From Veleropilina oligotropha (Eukaryota), in contig JBEUKZ010000136.1 in NCBI GenBank assembly GCA_048128005.1, positions 1 to 43,111 on the forward strand: a DNA stretch of 43,111 nucleotides, read 5' to 3'. The notes under the pieces are model-generated. The model worked only from the letters and a program-made list of their open reading frames with translations, was not told where the DNA came from and made no database searches. The translations under genes and the position numbers were made by a program. Below are positions 36,167 through 43,111 of the stretch, in pieces. Numbering within the stretch: position 1 is the stretch's first letter; every line of letters starts with the position of its first letter.

Positions 36167-36640
36167 AAAATCCTAGATGGCCACCATCAGATTCAAGAAT
36201 ATCTTCAAAATGAATAAATGTCATACAAACATGAATGATGTGTCTTTTTCTATGTTTTTCAAGCGGTCTGAATCCATTTCAATAACCATTAAAATGCACA
36301 TAAAATGATGAAATGGCCATTTTTATGGTTAAAATCCAAGATGAATGCCATCCGATTCCGGAATATGTTAAACATGCTGAATCATTGCGAATAAATGTCA
36401 CACAAACATGAATGACGTGTCGTTTTCAGTTTTTAAGCAGTGTGAATCCATTTCAATAAAATTAAAATGTTAAAAAGCACAAAACTGATGAAATGGTCAA
36501 TGTTATGATTAAAATCCAAGATGGAGGCGAAGTAAGTAGGTTATGTTTTCTGGTCACATCACGTTTTGTTAATAAATGACATGCAAACATCAATGAAGCA
36601 TCGCTTTCGCTGTTTTAAAACATTCTAAATCCATTTCAAC
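36167..36640. repeat. About three diverged ~165-180-bp tandem units (transposon internal repeats)
   Basis: aaaatccWagatg at ~36167, 36331 and 36511, each followed by aataaatgtcaYacaaacat and aatccatttcaa. Confidence 0.75.
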
Positions 36641-36924
36641 TACAGTTTCTTTGATAAATGCGTCCAGCCGAATGCAATGCTTATGTTAATGGTTAAATCT
36701 GCAGGTATTTTGCAATTTTCCAATGACTTTATCTTCACAGATGATTGAACATATCTGTTGGTAATCATATCATCAACGAAGAACGCAAGCGCATTCAAAA
36801 TGGGCCGCTTTGACAGCCGCGTGGGTTCGGTTGCTGACTCCGAAAATCACTGGCTTGATTCCGATGACGCGAACAGTAGTGTAGCGATTCCATATCTATT
36901 TTTAAAAAATGTATTAACGCCAAC

Positions 36925-37278
36925 CTGAAAAGCCCACCGTATTATTATAAATCAGGTAGACGCTCGGAAAATGTTATACATTGTCAGTTGCGAAACAGTG
37001 CAAGCCAGCTGAAATCACACCTATATGAATCATTCTTAGAGCCTTCCTCAACGTGTATATGTGGACATATAATCGAGGATAACTTCCACTACTTTTTTAC
37101 CTGCCCTTTATTTCACATTCAAAGAACTGTTTTATTCCAAAGTCTAGGAAGGATAACCATTGTTCCTCCTGACTTAAATCTTATTCTGAACGGAAGTGAA
37201 TTTTTAGATAATAATACAAACATATCAATAACAAACGCTGTGCACACATACATTAGAAACACAAAAAGGTTTCAATAA
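36925..37278 (+). mobile_element. CR1-group LINE ORF2 C-terminal fragment
   Basis: HCQLRNSASQLKSHL...TCICGHIIEDNFHYFFTCPLF...YIRNTKRF: zinc-knuckle plus terminal TKRF motif. Confidence 0.8.
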
Positions 37279-37539
37279 ATTGTTTCTGACGCTTAAGGTG
37301 AACAGAACCCACCGTTGTGAAATGCATACAAAGAATCAGTTGCTTCATCTAAAACCAAAGTACCATAAATATATCTTTCAAACGTGTACACTATATTATT
37401 GCACGATTGTTTTTGCACCTGCACTTATATGTTAATTAAATTATAAATACACTGTGCCATGTAATACGGAAAGGACCACGACAGGATTTATCCTACTGTC
37501 CGATCCGGTTGTCTTTTGTCAATAAAATATTGTTTAAAC

Positions 37540-37730
37540 AAACAGTAGTGGGTTTAAACATCACACATTTGTTCAAGTTATGAATCACAGTTGTCCTTAA
37601 CTGGTTGGAGAGGGCGGGTTCCCCGGGCGACAGGGATTTTCTCCCGCGATAATATGGACATGTCCTGCTTTGAACCAAATGATGGTTGGAAACATACACG
37701 ACATTAAGCATCGATCCTTTCCTTTCGTCC
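37540..37730 (+). mobile_element. 5'-truncated SINE copy
   Basis: acagtagtgggttt...gttcaagttatgaatcacagttgtcc...gacattaagcatcgatcctttcctttc. Confidence 0.85.
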
Positions 37731-38539
37731 TTTCATTCAAAATGAAAGCCTAATTAATGTCATCTACACCATCTCCACAACCAATTATTGACTGGAGTAT
37801 CTGTACTTTGTGCCAAGAATGGACTGATATGACACTAATTTGTCCAGGCAAATTACTACCAACAGACATAATATCCAGTTATACGCAGAGTAGGTTTCAT
37901 GATACATTTCAACATTTCAAAGTTGACTGATCAGATTTATGAGTAAAATGATGCTGGCGTACGTGGTCGTTAAAAATAAATTCATCACGAAGTGTTGAGT
38001 GTGTCCTTCATAAATTTATAAATATCAAAAACTGAAAAAACATTTCAGTCAAAATCTGCGTTATCAACATCTTCAGCCTCGTCGACACGATTTAACTCTT
38101 GGACAATTTCGCAAATACCTCAATGACAATGAATTCAAGCCGATATGCAATGCAGTCGGTGATTTCGACAGGAACTGGGCTGCAGAGAGACCGCTTGCAA
38201 CGAATCACATTTAGAAGATTGCATGAGGATGGTTCTTGATCAACCATCACAGGTTCTATATGTTCCTGCTCTAGCTTCGATCCTCATTGTTCTGCTTTCA
38301 AAGTTGTAATATTTGACTCAAGGGTGACGGTTAGGGTCTTCCATACTTGTACCGGGTACTTGCAGACGTACACCTGGGCAATTAAAGCGTGCTGTACTCT
38401 CAGTAGGAAGTAACGTTTCTTGGCGTATGGAATAGATTGTTGTGAACTGGCAATTCATGTATTTAGAGCATTTAAATCCGTTCATTGTATCGCCATCTCT
38501 CCCTTCATACACCTTTGTGATCAGTTTGACTCGTGTCTA

Positions 38540-38845
38540 TCTCACCAGTTCGTGTACTTGAACTTAAAGAAGTCCTGATTAGTTGACCATTTAAATAGAT
38601 TTAAATAAAATGTGTGTGGGTTTAGGAAGCGCATTATTGCCATTCATATTAAAACCCAATGTAGTTGTGTGATCTTCTATCACCTGCCGTACCTCTTAGT
38701 CTATGCAATTTTTAAATTGGTTTACAGATGTCGATCCTACTACATTACTAGGAAGGTTATTCCATTCTTCATCGGGACGGGACGGACGGACAAGGGTAAA
38801 TTTAAATGCCCCCCTCCCCCCCAATAAATTGGTGCGGGCATAAAA
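38540..38845 (-). mobile_element. Helentron-type element fragment
   Basis: The reverse complement begins ttttatgcccgcacc...gggggcatttaaatttacccttgtccgtccgtccc (5' inverted motif plus GTCC microsatellite). The far edge is uncertain. Confidence 0.5.
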
Positions 38846-40414
38846 TGTATTCTTGCAATATTTTATGAAGATTTCTTGATAGTTGCTTTATATGTCAACA
38901 GAGAAGATTTATAGTCCATCCTATATTATATTGGGAGCCACTCTTCAAAACAGGTGTAATATGGCTAAGTTCTTTCCCGATAATCATGACAGCGTTGTTT
39001 CGGATTGGCTGGATTTTCATGGAGTCTTTATTGGAAATACCAGAAAGCAGAGAGTTACAATAGGAATGTTCTTTATTCTACAAAAGCAAGTATGTGTTAT
39101 TGTTCACATATAGTATTTGGTTGCAACTACCAATAATCGACATATAACGGATATAAATAATATGTTCGTCTGTCTTATAACGTCCGAACAACGCAACGGG
39201 AGCATCTGGCGTTAGTCTTAGACTCATTCTGTAACGTTATCCTCCGATCGCGAGTTGGATACGGATGTGTATTCTGTGAGCTTTGAAAATATCAGGGATT
39301 ATTGAAATCGATTTTCAATCTTATGACTTACTTAAACTCTTCAACTAATATAATGGAGATGATCAAAAACCGCCAATCGAATGGAGACGCTAAGCCGAGG
39401 CTCCAACTAATGAAAATTGTTAAAATGTCTTCATAAAGCTAACCTGATTCAAATCAAATCAAAGTAATGAGATAATACATGTGCACTATTTAGGATATAA
39501 CCAGAATGGGTTCATCCAAAAAGAGAACCACACATTGCGCCATTAATTAATTTAAACCCTTGGACCACAGTCCCTGGATGATATTATGTCACAGGCGTTG
39601 GCCTGGCGATTTCGATTATTTTTTACTAATTTCGAGACATATCGTCCAGGGACTGTACTTGGACACAATGGCACCAAAACCGTGGCTTCATGGGAAATAT
39701 TTCCAGTAAGACAACGGAAAACTTGACAAAATGGATTACACATGAAAGTGTTTCATGAATTATAAAACTGTACAAGCAAAACATATCCGTCAAGTTGTTG
39801 CTTTGAAACAGAATAGAGTAGATTCCCTAAATTGTTCAAACTGGCGGTGTTACATAACAGTCAAACGATAAAAGGAAGGAAAGTTCAATTAGCACAGAAG
39901 TGAAGACAAATCTTGAACACCTGTATTTGTCTAAGTGTTTGAAAGTATATAAGCAGGCGGACCAGAGACGAGAGGTGAATACTTGGCTCAACCGACATCA
40001 TAAAGGCTTGAAAATATCGCTATTGTTTAAAGGCCGACTTATTACAAACTGCCAAACAAAGATCATGTTATTATGCAAGTGATTATAATATGAATGCTAT
40101 ATTCAGCTAGTGACTATTGAATAAATACATGAATTTTGAATAATAGAACAGTATGACGTCCAATGTACCGGGTACAGGTATACATGCATGTTCTCATAAA
40201 GATCTGTTTAGACACTGTTGGCACAATACTGTAAACGATATGAGGTGATGTGACGTGAATCACTTTAGTTTTGTGAACAAATCTTTACATTTTTTTAGTC
40301 GTATATGTACGGTAGTAAGAATCTCTGTTATACGTCTTCATTCGAAGGATTTTTGTCTTCTTACCATTAGTTTTAAGCGTTAGAATAAGCCGTCCAACAT
40401 AATGTTTTTTTCAG

Positions 40415-40520
40415 GCGCTCTCTACCAGTTGAACTATCGAGGACAGTAAATATTAACATTTTTTCAGCCGTGTTTGTAGTCGGGGCCCAGGTTTAACGTC
40501 TCTATCCGATAGACAGATTA
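40415..40520 (-). mobile_element. SINE fragments: tRNA head and Deu/Nin-like domain
   Basis: Reverse complement gatagttcaactggtagagagcg (A box) and tcggatagagacgttaaacctgggccccg. A similar fragment lies at ~4720-4760. Confidence 0.45.
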
Positions 40521-40904
40521 TTTGGACGAAACTCAAAATGGCCGCCAAAACACGATAAAAACGTAATTGCCTAATATATAAGCTGCAAAATACATTCATT
40601 AGAAATTCCAGTGCTCGCAATATTATTAGATGTAGTCATTTATGCCATTTTCTTAACATATATGCAAACCTATGCACATACGTAGCATTCAAAATGGCGA
40701 CCAAAAATTCAAAATGGCCGCCCAAATAAAAAAAAGAGAGCAAATAATTCGTACTTGAAATGTTATACTTATTAGCAATAGTTATTATATTTCACATGTT
40801 ATACACTCATTATCATTCAGCTTCATCATCATACATATACTATTCACATATTATGTTCACAAACATGTAAACCTGTTCTTGATATGTCGCTCTAGTAGTC
40901 GAGT

Positions 40905-41120
40905 GGATAAAAACACGGACTCGGAATTGACACATTTGTTTGCTCTGTTTAACAGAAGTGTGTTCGAACATCGGGAAAATGACATTCTTTGTTCAGGTAT
41001 CAGACACAGCTGTCCGAAGAGGGCGGGTTTTCCCCGATGACCGGGCTTTCCTCCAGCAATAATATGGAGTTGTTCTGGTACCAACCTGTAGGTTAGTAAA
41101 CAAAACATTAAGCATCTATC
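40905..41120 (+). mobile_element. Degenerate SINE copy
   Basis: ccgaagagggcgggttttccccgatgaccgggctttcctcc...acattaagcatctatcc. Confidence 0.7.
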
Positions 41121-41404
41121 CAAATTTAACAACAAATGAAAATGTGAATAGCAATGTTATGGATTTGATTGATGATATTAAAATGGTTTTATGTATCCAT
41201 TTCGACTAAAAAGATACTTCATACTATTTTGATACTAAAATACTTTCATTGTGTACGTCTAATCGTTCAACTCTCTCCACACTGGCCAGCACAAATGCAA
41301 AATTATTGACATTTAAAACTAGCTATAAGATACTCGCATCTTTTCAAGCAGCTATTCTTGCAGCTACATCTAAAAAGTTCACGGCATCCTTCTGTGATAG
41401 CTTG

Positions 41405-42110
41405 CTGCAAAAGCAGCAGTCAACATATTGCACAGTCCACAGCACCGAGACTGCCCTTCTCAAAGTCACAAAAGACATACATGTTAAAGCAGGCAATGGA
41501 AAAATATCGGCACTTATACTATTAGATATATATGTCGCTTTAGATACAATTGATCACTCTCAAGATTAAGTGATGATCTAGGAATCAATGGAATTGTTTT
41601 GGCATGGTTTACGTTATATTTGTCTGAGCGATTCCAAAGTGTTATCATGCAGAACAATACATAATGTCCCCAGGAATTACAGTGAGGAGTACCACAGGGT
41701 TCAGTGTTGGGAATTCTATCGGTAACAAAAGCGGAAAATCTTGGGTCTGGCTTCATCAAGACCGCCAAATGAAGAATTAAAATTTCCAGTATTATTATAA
41801 AAGCCAACCTTCATATCAGAAACATCGGAAAACTTATCCAGAATGTTACAACCAAACTTGTTCTTTCTCTTGCCATGTCACATTGATTACTGCAATAACC
41901 TATTGATTAACATCACTGAGAGCACATCGTCTCCAACTCCATCTGAATACCGCAATCATAGTCATCACCTAAAACAGATAATTCATCATATAACACCAAT
42001 CCTCAAAAACTTCATTGGCCACCAATATCAGCCAGGATTGACTATAAAGTTCTTGTGCTTGCTTACATGTGTCAATATAATCTACCTGTCCGGGTTACTC
42101 CCTCTTTACT
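41405..42110 (+). mobile_element. L2-clade LINE reverse transcriptase relic
   Basis: HSTETALLKVTKDI, LILLDIYVALDTIDH, WFTLYLSERFQSV, GVPQGSVLG, IDYCNNLL and HITPILK motifs, with deletions and stops. Confidence 0.85.
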
Positions 42111-42469
42111 AGTCATACCATAGGCCGGGGGCCAGTGGGGTATTACGTGCATGCCCCCCCCCCCCCAGGACAATTTTTCATTAGTACCAAATTGTTCATT
42201 TGGTTCATCTGAATGAAAAAAGGATGTTCCCAAAAATAACTCATTTTCACTTTTTCAAATCGAACCGTTTCCATGGCAACTAAATTATGTTAATTGTCTC
42301 ATTTGAATATTCATGAATATTCATAGAAATATTGATTTTTGCCTATTTTATCAACGATTTTAATGGCTATGAACTTTAAAACTACAAATAATTTAAAAAT
42401 ATATATTTGTATGCCAAATATACAGCAAACCACTCCCATGGTCACGACAATTAATATGATGCCCTTTTT

Positions 42470-42841
<372 letters not shown>

Positions 42842-43111
42842 TAGCTTAATTAACATAAAATCTAGCATAGCCTACCATCAAGGTCACTCTAGAATATCTG
42901 CATGCATAACAGGAAATCGACCATATCTCACAATGTGACATAGTTATAAAGTTATAATAATAACTGTGAACTATAAGTAGCTTGGTGAGCATAATATAAA
43001 CTAACAACGCATGCATCAATGTAACTCTCGAGAACTTTTTGCTGCCACAAGGTGTCAAAGTGCAACTTCCTTTTTATAAAAATTGTTTATGATTTGTGAC
43101 TTAAAAGATCT

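Overview
AT-rich, repeat-dense animal genomic DNA. The SINE, Helentron-type and LINE families point to a mollusc or other lophotrochozoan (inference). No prokaryotic genes, rRNA or CRISPR array are present. One spliced host gene can be assembled by hand on the minus strand. Four exons have matching phases (10349-10087, 9423-9305, 4396-4279, 1213-911), and there is a tentative first coding exon at 32625-32565. The model gives a ~287-aa type I membrane protein: putative signal peptide, one CBM14/peritrophin-A chitin-binding domain, one TM helix, and a tyrosine-motif-rich cytoplasmic tail ending in a PDZ-type motif, i.e. a candidate chitin-sensing receptor. The rest is mostly transposon debris: a triple-nested foldback built from two IS3EU-like elements (TAC..GTA ends, 6-bp TSDs, minisatellite-filled TIRs), two Tc1 relics (one split by a Harbinger-type MITE), Helentron-type elements, CR1/L2/Nimb-type LINE 3' ends, many tRNA-derived SINEs, minisatellites and (TA)n tracts. 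All family assignments come from recalled motifs, not database searches. Edges of degenerate repeats are approximate.
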